Below, piece after piece: positions 1 to 12,268 of a stretch of DNA of 33,255 nucleotides. The notes beneath the pieces were generated by a model that was given only the letters and a program-made list of their open reading frames with translations, made no database searches and was not told where the DNA came from. Origin of the DNA: Tubiluchus corallicola (taxonomy: Eukaryota; Animalia; Priapulida). The stretch spans positions 27,766 through 61,020 of the forward strand of contig JAQGDQ010001123.1 of NCBI GenBank assembly GCA_030141605.1, given 5' to 3'. The stretch's first letter is position 1. Every line of letters starts with the position of its first letter. The position numbers were made by a program, and so were the translations under genes.

Positions 1-79
1 AACAATCCAGCTATGTATATTTGCATTAAGTGTTTTATAACAATAACATCAGCAGCAGTTTTAGCACAACGCCAACGAC

Positions 80-291
80 AGTGACAGCAGCAGCAGAACG
101 AGCAGTAGTACCAGTACCAACACCACCACCACCACCATCATCACCACCACCACCACCAACACCACCACCACCACCACCAACACCACCACCACCAACACCA
201 CCACCACCACCACCACCAACACCACCACCACAACCATCATCACCACCACCACCACTAACACCACCACCATCAGAACAACAACAACAACAGC

Positions 292-341
<50 letters not shown>

Positions 342-465
342 GAACAGCAACAACAAAAACAAAAACAACAGCAGCAGCAGCAGCAACAGCAACAACAACT
401 ACAAAAACAATAATAGCAACAGCAGCAGCAGCAACGACAACAACAACAACAACAACAACAACAAT
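80..465. repeat. Compound (CCA)n/(CAA)n/(CAG)n microsatellite
   Basis: Direct reading. Confidence 0.95.
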
Positions 466-479
466 AAAATGAAAATATT

Positions 480-960
480 TTATTTATTTCTATTTTTAGA
501 GAGCTGAAAAACCGGCTTATACAGCAAATTGTTTGCTTTTGATGTGTAATAATATATACCTAAAAACATGATACACATCAAAGGCAAACACGATTTATAT
601 GTACAAAAACGTATCACACATCAAAAGCGTACACGAGTTACACAAATCAACCACTAAAAAAATCTCAGTTTTCCAAAACTTCGTTTGTGTTTTCTGTGAT
701 CTTTGCCCGTGCAATGACTTAATTAAATATCGTAAGGGTGACGTATAACACCTATCAGTTCTACATTTTTCTTCAATATATTTTTCTAAATTTCTGATCC
801 ATCTATATCATACTTACAAACCAGAAAGATACAACAAATGTCTTCATTATCACAGCCGAACTCTATAACATACGAAGTCTCCAAGAACAATTCTACGCTC
901 TATTGAAATACGTTGCTGCAACGATGATTGATTCTCGTTCGGTTAGTATCACAAAATGCG
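480..960 (-). mobile_element. Highly decayed LINE 3' remnant (tentative)
   Basis: NRTRINH..RRIVLGDFVC/frameshift/FGCDNEDICCIFLVC loosely resembles an ORF2 C-terminal Cys motif; AATAAA at 483-488 precedes (TTG)n. Confidence 0.3.
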
Positions 961-1959
961 AATGATAATGAAAAGGTGTTTCGCGACAACAGAAGGGCAG
1001 TGTAATTATTTTGTACATTCAATAGCGAGGGTCGTTCCATGCCATTGCCTAAGCAAATTGCAAACGTTTTGTGAAAATTTAAATTACTATTAAAGTGTTT
1101 GATCAAACGAAATTCGAATTTAGCAGTGCAAATTAAGTGAACGCGAAACAATTTGGTTGCCAAACCTTTTCACATTTAGAATAAAAACTGAGAGAGTTAT
1201 CAAACAATAATTTTGCTCAATATATAGCTCTTTCTAGTTACTAATTCAGCATTCGATAGCGATTTTACTGAATTACATGGAAACAGGAAACAGGAAACAG
1301 CAAAAGCTATTAGAACTAAAAAACTGATTTCTAACATAAAACAAAACTGAGTCAATTCAGTTTCAAATCCGCGAGCATGATCTAGTTTATCGCTTGACTA
1401 TGTCTGGCAGTTTGATTTATACATCACAAAAACCATAGATTATTATGCTCCTATGTGTTCGAACAGTACTTGCGACTAGTTCGCACTTGCCTATGCCTGG
1501 TCCAGGGTGGATTACTCTTGTGTTGCTGTGCAGTTTGCCCCAATCTTCACATTTATATCTCGGGCCATTAAACAACTCCAGCTTATCTGACCATACAATT
1601 GTCAGAGTTATCATCATTGGAGCCTACCCTGCAAGTTTCGGGGCTTTGGGTACTATCGTTTAAAAGTTATTCAAAGTTGTCTCCACGCTTAAAACTCGAT
1701 GTCTCACGTAACGATGAAACGAAAATCATCGCGTGTGGACTTTCTTAAAATCGCTCACAAATACAACAATTACTCTCACAAATACCAGACACAGTTATGC
1801 CAAATTTTGTCAGCACTACTTCCGATAAAGCAGCAAATGTGTTGGCAAAGAAAGTGAAATTTGCTCAAACTTATCATAATCATTGAGTTATTACCGTACA
1901 CTGCACAGTCGCGTTCAGCCTACACAAATAAGGATAGCTCAACTGTGTGTCTTCAAAGC

Positions 1960-2138
1960 TTGTTTGTTTATTTGTTTGTTTGTTTGCTTGTTTGTTTTTT
2001 GTCTGTCTGTCTGTTTGTCTATCTGCCTGCCTGCCTGTCTGTCAGTGTGTCTGTCTGTGTGTCTGTGTGTGCGTGCGTGCGTGCGTACGTGTGTGTGTGT
2101 GTGTGTGTGTGTGTGTCTGTGTGTCTGTGTGTGCGTGC

Positions 2139-2170
<32 letters not shown>

Positions 2171-2240
2171 CTGTCTGTCTGTGTCTGTCTGTCCGTCCGT
2201 CTGTCTGTCTGTCTGTCTTTCTGCTTGCCTGTCTGTCTGT
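1960..2240. repeat. Compound (GTTT)n/(GTCT)n/(GT)n microsatellite
   Basis: Direct reading. Confidence 0.95.
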
Positions 2241-2869
2241 GCTGTATTATTATTATTGTATATCTGACTATGTGTTGACAGGGAGGAGTTATAATGATTT
2301 TTAGCCTTGTTATGTACTCTATGAGCTTAGTTCGAAGTAAAGAGTTAAATCAAAATCATATCTGTCTGTCTGTCTGCCTGTTTATTTGTTTTTTGTTGTT
2401 GATTTTTTGCGCACTGAACTGTGTGTATTGTAATATCATTAACAAGGTCTTTAAATGTGGAAATGTTAGCCAGGAAGTGTCAATGTTAGAGAACCTTGGC
2501 AGTTGTCTGAGATAAGAAGTTATGGGACACTCACAGCGCAAATGACTCATCTCGTATCTCACTATGTATTTTTGTACTATGTATGTATGTATGTTCGTAT
2601 AATGAGCAGATTAAACAATTACATGTGGTGTATTAGTAACACTATTATACCTAGTTTCTACATGGTCATTATTAATTACATGTATTTACATGGCGCTTAT
2701 ATTCAAGCAGGCTGCGCAACTGCTTGTTGTGTAATACCTTGCACCTGTTCGTTATGTGGCACTTATATAAAAGCTGCCCTCAGTAACTGCCCGTTAAAAA
2801 ATGCGTCATTTGCATGAATGTGAAAGTGTAGGCATTTTCTAAGGAGAATAAGATTATTTCTAAAATGTG

Positions 2870-2933
2870 ACGCCCCTCAAACTTTGGCGCCCTAGGCTAT
2901 AGCCTAGTTAGCCTATTGGTTAATACGCCCCTG
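2870..2933. mobile_element. hAT-type MITE end fragment
   Basis: ggcgccctaggctatagcctagttagcctattggttaatacgcccctg: short hairpin plus CCCCTG terminus, as seen in hAT-like MITEs. Confidence 0.4.
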
Positions 2934-4176
2934 TATGTATGTAGTTTATTGCTAAAAATATTTTCGTGTATAACAAATGTGGTAAACACTTTCATTTACT
3001 TTTACGTTTAATACACGTCATCCAACGTTCGTAGTTAAAACAGTAAAGTAATGGTAATTCTATGTCTTAATCATATTCAGTTAATATTCTGTCACAAATT
3101 TTAAGAGATTCATTAGTTTAAAAAATGAATTTACATCATAAACGTTAATGTAAGTATAGCTGTCTCTGGCGTGCTGAGTTATTGGACAGATTTGGACAGT
3201 GACAATTAAAAAAGCCCTTTTTTGATTGTGCGCATGTGCAGATCATTTCGTAATGTTTGTAGTATCGCTAAATTCCTCCCTTGCGGCTGTATGCCGATTA
3301 TATTTTGTATTCTTTCTGCAAGCCTAGAACCCTTGTTAGTCAAGTTTTATGCCAGTTTTTGTACTATTTGCTATTTTGTGATTTTGGCCCTGTACAGAGA
3401 TGACGTCTCAAAATGCTTAAGTTTATGTTGTCGGGTATGTTGCTCATCTGCCGAGTCAGACGCATTTCACACATTGGACGCGCAGCAAAATTCTTCGTGA
3501 GGCACTGTGCGTCCTCCTCGTATGGAATTTTGTAGCATAGTACAGAAATACTGCATGTTTCATTTTCGCGAGGAATCCTCACGGCATTCAGTCCTAAATT
3601 TAACTACTCAATTATTTCTTTCTCATTTGACGAACAACAAGCAACACATTTCAGCACAAAATTATCTAACATTATTAACTGTACGTTGTATATGAGAAAT
3701 ACGGCAAGTATAACTTAATTCAGACGTGATCATACACTATAAACCTCGCAAAGTAACTGCAGCTAACTGGACGCACGGTTTCACTGTGAAATGAACTTTC
3801 TTGCTATATGGTAGAAAATATCGAGAAAAATTGGAAATTTTCAATGAATTTTCTGATTTTCTGTCACCAATTCTATGCATAATTTTAGTTTACCTCCTCA
3901 CTGTGAAGTGGGCCTCAGTAATCTTCCTCTTAGCTGTGAATGCGCATGCGCGTTTAGCTCATCTGCTACAAATTTTGGGGGACAGAAAAAGAACACTACC
4001 GAGAAGGTCGTCCAGAATCTACAGCAGGTTAGGGAAGATGAGAATTATAAGCATTCTGCGCATGTCTCATAAGCGTTTATCTCACGCAGCCCTCAAGGTA
4101 CTCTGACAGTCATACGTCATCGCTAACAGCCATATTTAGAGATAAATGTGAATAATGACGTTGAATTTGTACATAA

Positions 4177-4740
<564 letters not shown>

Positions 4741-5287
4741 TAAAATTTATTTCATACATTTAAAAGTAAATAGCATAATATAAAAATTTAAAAACGCTCA
4801 GCTATACTACAAAATTGTGATACAAGTTAAAAAAATATTTACACATATACATACATACGAACTCAGACACAAAACTTATAAACACAAGACAGATCACTAA
4901 AAAATACACACAGGCAATAACCCAATAAGAATGAATTTAAAATTGTAAAAGATGTTGATTTTATAATGCATAACAAAGTTTGTACCAAAGTTAGTGAGGC
5001 ACAAGCAACTTGCACTATTGCTGTTGGAATACTGTCGTTCGTAGTACTTCTCGTTTCGCTAAAATATTTACGGTACCAGAATTGTATTTAAATACATAGT
5101 TCTGAAACTATTTATAGTTTCAAAAAGTACTTGAAAAGGACCATTTTTGATTCAAACTTATAATACAATTTTAATGGTTCCATGTCTCATGCAGTCGCAA
5201 TATATGGCCTCCAATCAATTATAATGCTATTTTAATATACCTTTATGTAAATTAAACATACACTGTGGTCATTTCTTCTCCTCTTTT

Positions 5288-5648
5288 CCTTCTTCCTATC
5301 TCTAATCTTACTATTTTTTTTCCATTCCATCATGTCTACTAACCCTAACCATTCTTTCATTCACTCATCCTTCCCTCCCTTCCTTCTTCCTATCTCTAAT
5401 CTTACTATTTTTCTCCTTTCCATCATGTCTACTAACCCTTACCATTCTTTCATTCACTCATCCTTCCCTCCCTTCCTTCTTCCTATCTCTAATCTTACTA
5501 TTTTTCTCCATTCCATCATGTCTACTAACCCTAACCATTCTTTCATTCACTCATCCTCCCCTCCCTTCCTTCTTCCTATCTCTAATCTTACTATTTTTTT
5601 CCATTCCATCATGTCTACTAACCCTTACCATTCTTTCATTCACTCATT
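5288..5648. repeat. 93-bp pyrimidine-rich minisatellite, about 4 copies
   Basis: catgtctact at 5331, 5424, 5517, 5610. Confidence 0.95.
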
Positions 5649-7173
5649 TGTGCCACCTTAACAAGCCAAGCTTTCAAAGTGTCATACAGCAACTCTTTTA
5701 TTTGGTTAATTTGAGTTCATCAACGTTTTTTACCCTATACTGTTTCTTTTTGTTTCAATAATATTGTATGTTGATGTATTGTATATGTATTGCTGGAGTG
5801 AAATAAATTGATTGATTGACTGATTGATTGATTGATAAATGACGTCATTAATTAAATTAATTTCCTCTTGTTTCTGACAACCTTGATTTGCCCATACATT
5901 GCGTTATGCTAAAGTGTTTATTTGCTAACCAATAAAAAACATACATTATTTATACATACAAGTTATACGTATATTTTTATACATATTAACGTGTTGTGTA
6001 ACATGTGAAAATCAAGATCGTGCCTTTTGAACAGTTTGACCGAGAAACAACGAGAAAATGTTTTTCAAAAGCAAAACGTTTATGATATGATAACCGTACC
6101 AGGTGCTGAATTCCATTGAACCACAAATCTTCGTGACAATGAGATTATGCGTGTCACGTGCCTGCTTGTCTGTCTGTCTGTCTGTCTGTCACGCTCCAGA
6201 TTTCTCTTACAGTGGATCATTTAACACGCTTATGAAATTAAACTTTGCTCGAGGTGCTCTTGAAAATAGATAGCGAAATTTAAACGTTTTTGTTAAATCT
6301 CGGCCATTTACTATGGAAAACGAAGTTTGTTTGCTTCTCGTTCAAGAAAAACTCAATAACGCTCACGAAAGTGTGCAGAAGTCAGGTCAAAGACTTTGAT
6401 CTACAAACTTGGTTTCAATGGAGTATTGTACTTTGAACCCTTACTTACTAAAAGATCTTGATTAGGTTGAAAATATTCAACGGTATTTCACTTGCAGGCT
6501 GTTTAATAGGTGCAATCTTGACCGTGTGTCAGACACTGACCGATTAGCATTTTAAATCTTGAACCACTTGAACTGCGTCGAATACATTGTGACCTGACAA
6601 CATTTCATTCTATAATACCTGAAGACAGTACTATAGACAAAGATGAATTTTTAGCAAAGCGCCTTTATTTAATATAACCAGAGGTCACCGCTTGAAGTTA
6701 CAACCCTCTCGCTGCCGACTTGACTTTTTCAAAACTAATCAGAATAATTAGAATCAGGAATCAATTCCCTGAGTCAGTCGGAGGTGCCCCCCCTTGATAT
6801 GTACTTTGAATAGCAAACTTTTTAAAAAACGCTTAAAAGATGTAAATCTTAATAATCATTTATCTTTTAACAGGTACATGTAAGTAGCCTTTGGCTCTGT
6901 GCTTTTATCAGTAATCTTTTGATTAGCCATTATATCTGTAAAATTTATTTCTGTCATGCAAATACGTTTTTTATACTTTAGTGGAAAATCATTTAATTTT
7001 TTTTTAAATAAAGATTACGTATACTGACTTGCGTAGTTTCGAATCCGGCAAACATGAGATACTCAGAATGTTCAGGTGCTTACGAAATTGAAATTGTTCT
7101 TAGAAGTACAATATGCGGGGCACGTAGGGCCCCAGACAAGATATGTTTACAATGAATCAGGAATCAACGTTCC

Positions 7174-7196
7174 GGTTAGCGCTTGGATGGGAGACC
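7174..7196 (+). pseudogene. 5S rRNA-derived fragment (box C region; pseudogene or SINE3 head)
   Basis: GGTTAGCGCTTGGATGGGAGACC vs animal 5S GGTTAGTACTTGGATGGGAGACC (21/23); the rest of 5S is not intact. Confidence 0.65.
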
Positions 7197-7632
7197 ATTT
7201 CAGTAAAGTTTGGTGATGCTGCGCCAGTGTAAGGGCTGTTTTAAATCTCCCATATCCGTATTTGAATGCATTACAGGCTTGCAAGCAATTATCAAATTAC
7301 AGAACTTAAAATTTATTTGTTGGCGTACATACGCAAAAATAACATTCATATGTAGACAGCAAAACAGCTCAAGTTCAAAAATTGTAAAACAAAACTATTA
7401 TATTACATGAAAATGAAGCCAAAGCTAAGTGGCTTCATTTGTTACGACCTTCTATTGATCTTTGTTTCTTATAATTTATGATCTAATTTCTGTTTATTTG
7501 CCTCTATTGCTTCTTCATATTATTGGTCTTGATTCATCATTAACACTAATCATTTAAAAAATACAAAAACTGATTGAACACACCATCTTTAACGTAACAA
7601 AATACAGTTATCTGAAAAAAATGAAAATACGT

Positions 7633-7638
7633 TTTATT
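7633..7638 (-). promoter_or_regulatory. Candidate polyadenylation signal of gene A
   Basis: AATAAA on the minus strand about 95 nt after the stop codon. Confidence 0.55.
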
Positions 7639-7730
7639 TTAAATTATATAGCCAGGTTGGCTTACAAAATAAAGGTCGTTTGTATTGAGGCATTACTCTA
7701 AGCTAATATAAAAGACTTTTTTAAACTAAA

Positions 7731-8204
7731 CTAAAGTGGAGTGGGTAGAGTGGTTTCTGTGGCCGGAGGGGTTACTTCTGTAGAGCTGGTGTAATAATGT
7801 GGTCTCTTTACAAAATAATAATTTGTAGGACCGTAATGAGAATCATGGTAATAATTTCTACGACTTCCTGGAACCTTGTGAAACTCGTAGTGTTGCGAGT
7901 ACCTCCCGTGTGTGTTCCCGTAGGAATATGGTGCTGAATCTGGTGAATGTGCTATGTAATGGTCCGTGTACGTTGATTCGTACAAATCTTCGTACGGAAT
8001 CGTGTGTTTTCGGAAATACACGTAAACGTGAGGTTCAGGAGCAGCTGTCGTTTGAGGCTTGTAGTAAACTTTTCTCCTTGGGTGAGTGGGGTAGTTAGGA
8101 GTGTAGTCCTGTCCATAGGAGGAGCGACTAGGGTATCCATGACCTCGTCTTCTGTACGATTGTCCCTGTGCTGCTGTTTGCATAAACTCAGAGTTGATAA
8201 CCAC
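7731..8204 (-). CDS. Gene A coding exon 2: secreted Tyr/His/Pro/Thr-rich protein (167 aa spliced), unknown family
   Basis: Acceptor ttttaacacAG at 8205; open frame to TAG at 7731; 24 Tyr, 12 His and no Cys/Trp in 157 aa; clear homology to the 14567-15262 exon; AATAAA about 95 nt downstream. Confidence 0.88.
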   Translation of the reverse strand: MVINSEFMQTAAQGQSYRRRGHGYPSRSSYGQDYTPNYPTHPRRKVYYKPQTTAAPEPHVYVYFRKHTIPYEDLYESTYTDHYIAHSPDSAPYSYGNTHGRYSQHYEFHKVPGSRRNYYHDSHYGPTNYYFVKRPHYYTSSTEVTPPATETTLPTPL

Positions 8205-8231
8205 CTGTGTTAAAACCAATCAAACTTTGTT

Positions 8232-8404
8232 CATCATCAGCATCATTATGGTTATCGTCCTCCTCGTCGTCGTCGTCGTCGTCATCATCCTCCTCGTCCT
8301 CGTCCTCGTCCTCACCATCATGATCATCTGTATCATCATCATCATCATCACCATCGTCATCATCATCATCATCATCATCACCATCGTCATCGTCATCGTC
8401 ATCG

Positions 8405-8449
<45 letters not shown>

Positions 8450-8476
8450 CCATCATCGTCATCATCATCATCATCG

Positions 8477-8512
<36 letters not shown>

Positions 8513-8547
8513 CCATCATCATCATCGTCGTCATCGTCATCATCATC
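8232..8547. repeat. (CAT/CGT)n microsatellite inside the gene A intron
   Basis: Direct reading; lies between acceptor 8205 and donor 8584. Confidence 0.95.
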
Positions 8548-8584
8548 TTAAAATCGGGTAAACTGTTCAGTTTTTGGTACTTAC

Positions 8585-8614
8585 ATAAAAAAGTAGCGCT
8601 ACAAGAATCTTCAT
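8585..8614 (-). CDS. Gene A coding exon 1: signal-peptide start MKILVALLFY
   Basis: ATG at 8614, 10 codons (Lys then hydrophobic), then consensus donor GTAAGT at 8584; the phase-0 join to 8204 is in frame. Confidence 0.85.
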
Positions 8615-9403
8615 TGCGCAGTGCTGGAATGGAAACATCTCACACACACAAAGTCTCATTAAATCTGAAATTATAAATGCAATTTTCTCAACATCTAACC
8701 AACCTATAAAATAAAGGCAAAAATCTTCATATGTGTCCTGTATTCAACAAGTGTCAATCGCTTTGTTGACTGATTCAAACATAGAAGTAGATATCAGTGT
8801 AGTCAGTAATGGAAAAACAATTTTTACTTACACGCCTAATTTGGCGCATGACAAAAAGGGCTACCACCATAGCGTTCTTGGTCACCAAGGATTCGTGTTT
8901 ACCTTCTGTGCTGGATATTGCTGGAATATGCTCAGCATGTTTTGAATAATCTCTTAAGAAATAATTATATAATGCATATTCTTTGTCAAAAATTCAAAAA
9001 AATGCGCTTGCTTTTTTCTAATTAAAGACAGCAGTTTATACACCCTGCTGTTTCCTGTTATCTTACGTATAATACCTTATTAATTCAAAATGACCAGCAA
9101 TATTTAAAGTGTTGATGAGTCCAGCTAGATGAATTATCACAGAACTAACAGAATCTGGTGCAATCTCTTAAATTTTTGACACTATTGTTAATTACAAAAA
9201 CTTAATAAATACTTCAAAACAACGTTCAAATGTGTATACGCTAGCTAAAATACGTCACGCTAGTTTCCCAACAAAACAGCAGTAAATAGTCTAGCACACT
9301 AATAAATATCTACCTGCCAATTTTTATAACAGACACTTAAAACCTTTATAGTTAAAAACAACACAACTTTATTAGAACTTTTACATTAAAGAGTTAAAGT
9401 CAT

Positions 9404-9443
9404 GCCAAACGTTTCGACTAACTGCTGCTGTCATCATCAGTGA
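9404..9443 (-). ncRNA. Minimal type I hammerhead ribozyme motif (core intact)
   Basis: UCA-CUGAUGA-U-GAC(AGCAGCAGUUA)GUC-GAAA-CG-UU-UGG. Confidence 0.6.
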
Positions 9444-9549
9444 TAAATCTACAAACATTCGACCAATTTATATAGGCAGAGCCTGTTATGCACTAATTAA
9501 GTAACGCGCTGACAGGAGCCAAATAGGTAATGAATAAATATAGCAGGAA

Positions 9550-9740
9550 AAAGAAACTGATATAGGCCAAATATGCAATCAATAAACAGACCAGTAAAGA
9601 AACTGATATAGGCCAAATATGCAATCAATAAACAGACCAATAAAGAAACTGATATAGGCCAAATATGCAATCAATAAACAGACCAATAAAGAAACTGATA
9701 TAGGCCAAATATGCAATCAATAAACAGACCAGTAAAGAAA
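9550..9740. repeat. 46-bp tandem repeat, about 4 copies
   Basis: Unit aaagaaactgatataggccaaatatgcaatcaataaacagacca(g/a)t at 9550, 9596, 9642, 9688. Confidence 0.95.
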
Positions 9741-10775
9741 TATTGACAGAATCTGTATCAATTTCTTTACTGATCTGTTTATTCATAACCTATTTGGTTT
9801 CTGTTAACTACTTAATTAGTGCATAATAGGCTCTGCTAATAAAATGGTTGTATGTTTGTAAATTTACCACTGATCATGACAGCAGCGGCTAGTCGAAACG
9901 TTTAGCATGATTTGACTTTAATCTCTAATGTAAAAATTTTTAATATAAAAGTTGTGTAGTTTTTAACTACAAATATCTACATTTGATTAATGTACTTACA
10001 TTGGATTCTAGTTCCTCTTAAGACTAAAGACAATTCACATCAATTTCGATCACTATAGACAAGAAGATCAAGATGACAGAGAACACTTTCTTTAAAAGTT
10101 GTCTTTTCGACCGTGACCCAAATCTTATTACAGTTTCTGCTTGCTATTATGTAGGCTGCATTTAATTTCAACTGTCCGAGTTATTAATTATTGTTTATTA
10201 TTTCAAACTGACTCATAAAAAAGCTTTACAACTTACAAAGTCAATAGTAACTCAAGCATTCTAAACACGCATAGAGTTTCATCATTATGTTACATGGAAG
10301 ACGAGTGTATGTAAGACAGTGGGTCTTCTTTTGTTATTTCTGTTGCGCCTCCAGGGGATATAAAAAATCAATACTTTCAGTCATGATGGCTGGACTTTCA
10401 CATAAAGCTTACTTTCAGTTAAAGGAGCGGTCAAGCCTTCTGGGAAGTCAGTGTTCGCGAAAAATGTTAGAAGCATTTAGTAATGTTAGTAGAATCTGCC
10501 CTACAAAACATTGAAAGGAAACAAACTATGTTTTCACAATAAGTTCAATTATTACCACAGAAACGTAATTTCAAGTTACAAGCATTTCGCTATTCGATAG
10601 TTAGGTGCGATAGATAGCTAGCGCCTGAATCTCGGGCCTTGCACAAAAACAGGCACTGTACCTCTCAGTTCAGAGTTGTTCAGTTGTGACGTAGGTCACA
10701 TGTGTCAGTAATATGAATTTTAAGCCTAAAATACATAATCTTTGTATATGTATATGACTTTTTGGAAGGAGTTTG

Positions 10776-10843
10776 CAATTCCCCACACGATTTAAAAACC
10801 CTAATCCTAATCCTAACCCTAATTTTTCGTGTGTGGGGAATTG
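10776..10843. repeat. Small inverted repeat enclosing (CCTAAY)n
   Basis: caattccccacac ... gtgtggggaattg around ccctaatcctaatcctaaccctaa. Confidence 0.7.
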
Positions 10844-11297
10844 TAAGCTTTAGCCGAGCCTTCGTATAGCACGCTGAATGTTGTTCGCAAACGCGTTTGT
10901 AGAATATTTGTGTTGTTGAAAATCGTGTTCATCACTAATTGGGCAAGCTCGCAATTAACTTGTTTTTAACGAGTTTTTAACGATTCTTTAACATAATCGA
11001 TTCTAACATAACTTTGAATGTTTTAATGTTAGACCCTGTGTAATTCCAGATCTCACTGAAAATTTTGCATTATGAATGTAAGGTTTAGAACTCGGAAACG
11101 TTAATAATTTTTATTAAAACAACACAATTTTTATTAAAAAGCTTTTAATTTACAACTGTTTAAAAATATGTTCAGACATTTCGACAGTAATCAGCTGTCA
11201 TTGTCAGTGGTACACCATACAAACAACAACCAGTTTATGTAGACAGAGCCTACAGTATAGACATTATGCACTAATTGTGTATTTACAAAGAAGCCAA

Positions 11298-11497
11298 AGC
11301 AATACTACTTACCATCACAAAACGTCCTTACATTTTAAAGTAAGAATTATGAAAATCAGGGTATTTCGTTTAGAACTGCCAAGAAATTAAAAAATTCTCG
11401 TCTGTCTGGTATTAATGACCATGTTTGTGTCTCTGGCCACAAAACTGATTTTAATAACTTCAGCATTGTAGCTAGAGCTACAAATAACTGCTGCTTA
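11298..11497 (+). pseudogene. Decayed GIY-YIG endonuclease C-terminal part (Penelope-like)
   Basis: SNTTYHHKTSLHFKVRI/frameshift/ENQGISFRTAKKLKNSRLSGINDHVCVSGHKTDFNNFSIVARATN fits the YxGKTxRHxxxRIxEHxGISxRTG...SAIxxH..H...F.I pattern; resumes as QSSSIPLTLF near 12071-12100. Confidence 0.75.
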
Positions 11498-11501
11498 TTA
11501 A

Positions 11502-12031
11502 CCCTTTCATACCCATTATATCCCGTTTGATACGAGAACTTTTTATGCCTTTAAATTAATAAAATTTAAAAACAGTCAGTTACTTAATCTATTAATAGTT
11601 ATTTTGATTTAAGCCAATAACAACAAACTAAAAAATTATGTTAAAATTGCAAACAAGAAAATCTACGTAGCTTAAAAAACTGTGCAAGGTACAGTACTTT
11701 AGACATGACCTTGTACAGATCAGCATAGCATGCGCAGTAAATGTCTTTAATGCTTTAAAAAACATTAGCAGCTGCAAAACGAAGTACATTTTTTTGTTTT
11801 TGTTGTGTTTTTAAAAAAATCTGACTTTGTTTTTTTGCATCTGCCAAAGAATATCGTGTATCCTACATTGCAACCATTGAATCCAAATGGATCCTGTGGG
11901 ATACAGGCTATTTTTAGCACACAAGCACAGGTAAAAAAAATTATTATTATTTGTAAACAAGATGGACACCCTGAACAAAAATGCCAAGCAAAAAAATTTT
12001 CTTATTAAAAAAATAATTTGGGACTGAAAGG
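11502..12031. mobile_element. piggyBac-like MITE nested in the Penelope-like element
   Basis: TTAA then CCCTTTCATACCCA at the left; TGGGACTGAAAGG at the right (imperfect inverted repeat, right TTAA not intact); interrupts the GIY-YIG frame. Confidence 0.5.
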
Positions 12032-12229
12032 TAGTTTGTCTATGTGCCCTAATGAGTCTTCTTTTAAGGACAAAGTAGTTCAATTCCACTAACTTTATTT
12101 TCCAGCACTTAGCTATCTGTTACTGTATGCATTTCTTTTCTACAAGTCTGCTTAATCATTATCTGTTTGGCTTCTTTGTAAATACTGTAGGTTCTGTCCA
12201 TATAAACTGGTTGTTGTTTGTATAGCGTC

Positions 12230-12268
12230 CCACTGATGATGACAGCTGGTTAATGTCGAAACGTCTGG
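12230..12268 (+). ncRNA. Minimal type I hammerhead ribozyme motif (core intact)
   Basis: CCA-CUGAUGA-U-GACA(GCUGGUUAA)UGUC-GAAA-CG-UC-UGG: stem I CCA/UGG, stem II GACA/UGUC, palindromic ACGU instead of stem III, GUC cleavage triplet at 12263-12265. Confidence 0.75.

Larger units (their letters stand above)
9345..9973. mobile_element. Palindromic Penelope-like element remnant (inverted ~210-bp arms with hammerhead motifs, central 46-bp tandem repeat)
   Basis: About 9345-9560 is the diverged reverse complement of about 9755-9973; each arm has CTGAT(G/C)ATGAC..GTCGAAACG; the arms resemble those of the 11101-12336 element. Confidence 0.7.

Noticed and set aside
30-413. Poly-Pro/poly-Gln ORF
   Set aside because: Translation of a compound trinucleotide microsatellite; non-ATG start, no unique coding sequence.
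10797-10823. Telomere
   Set aside because: Only about 4 degenerate CCTAAY units inside a small inverted repeat, interstitial.
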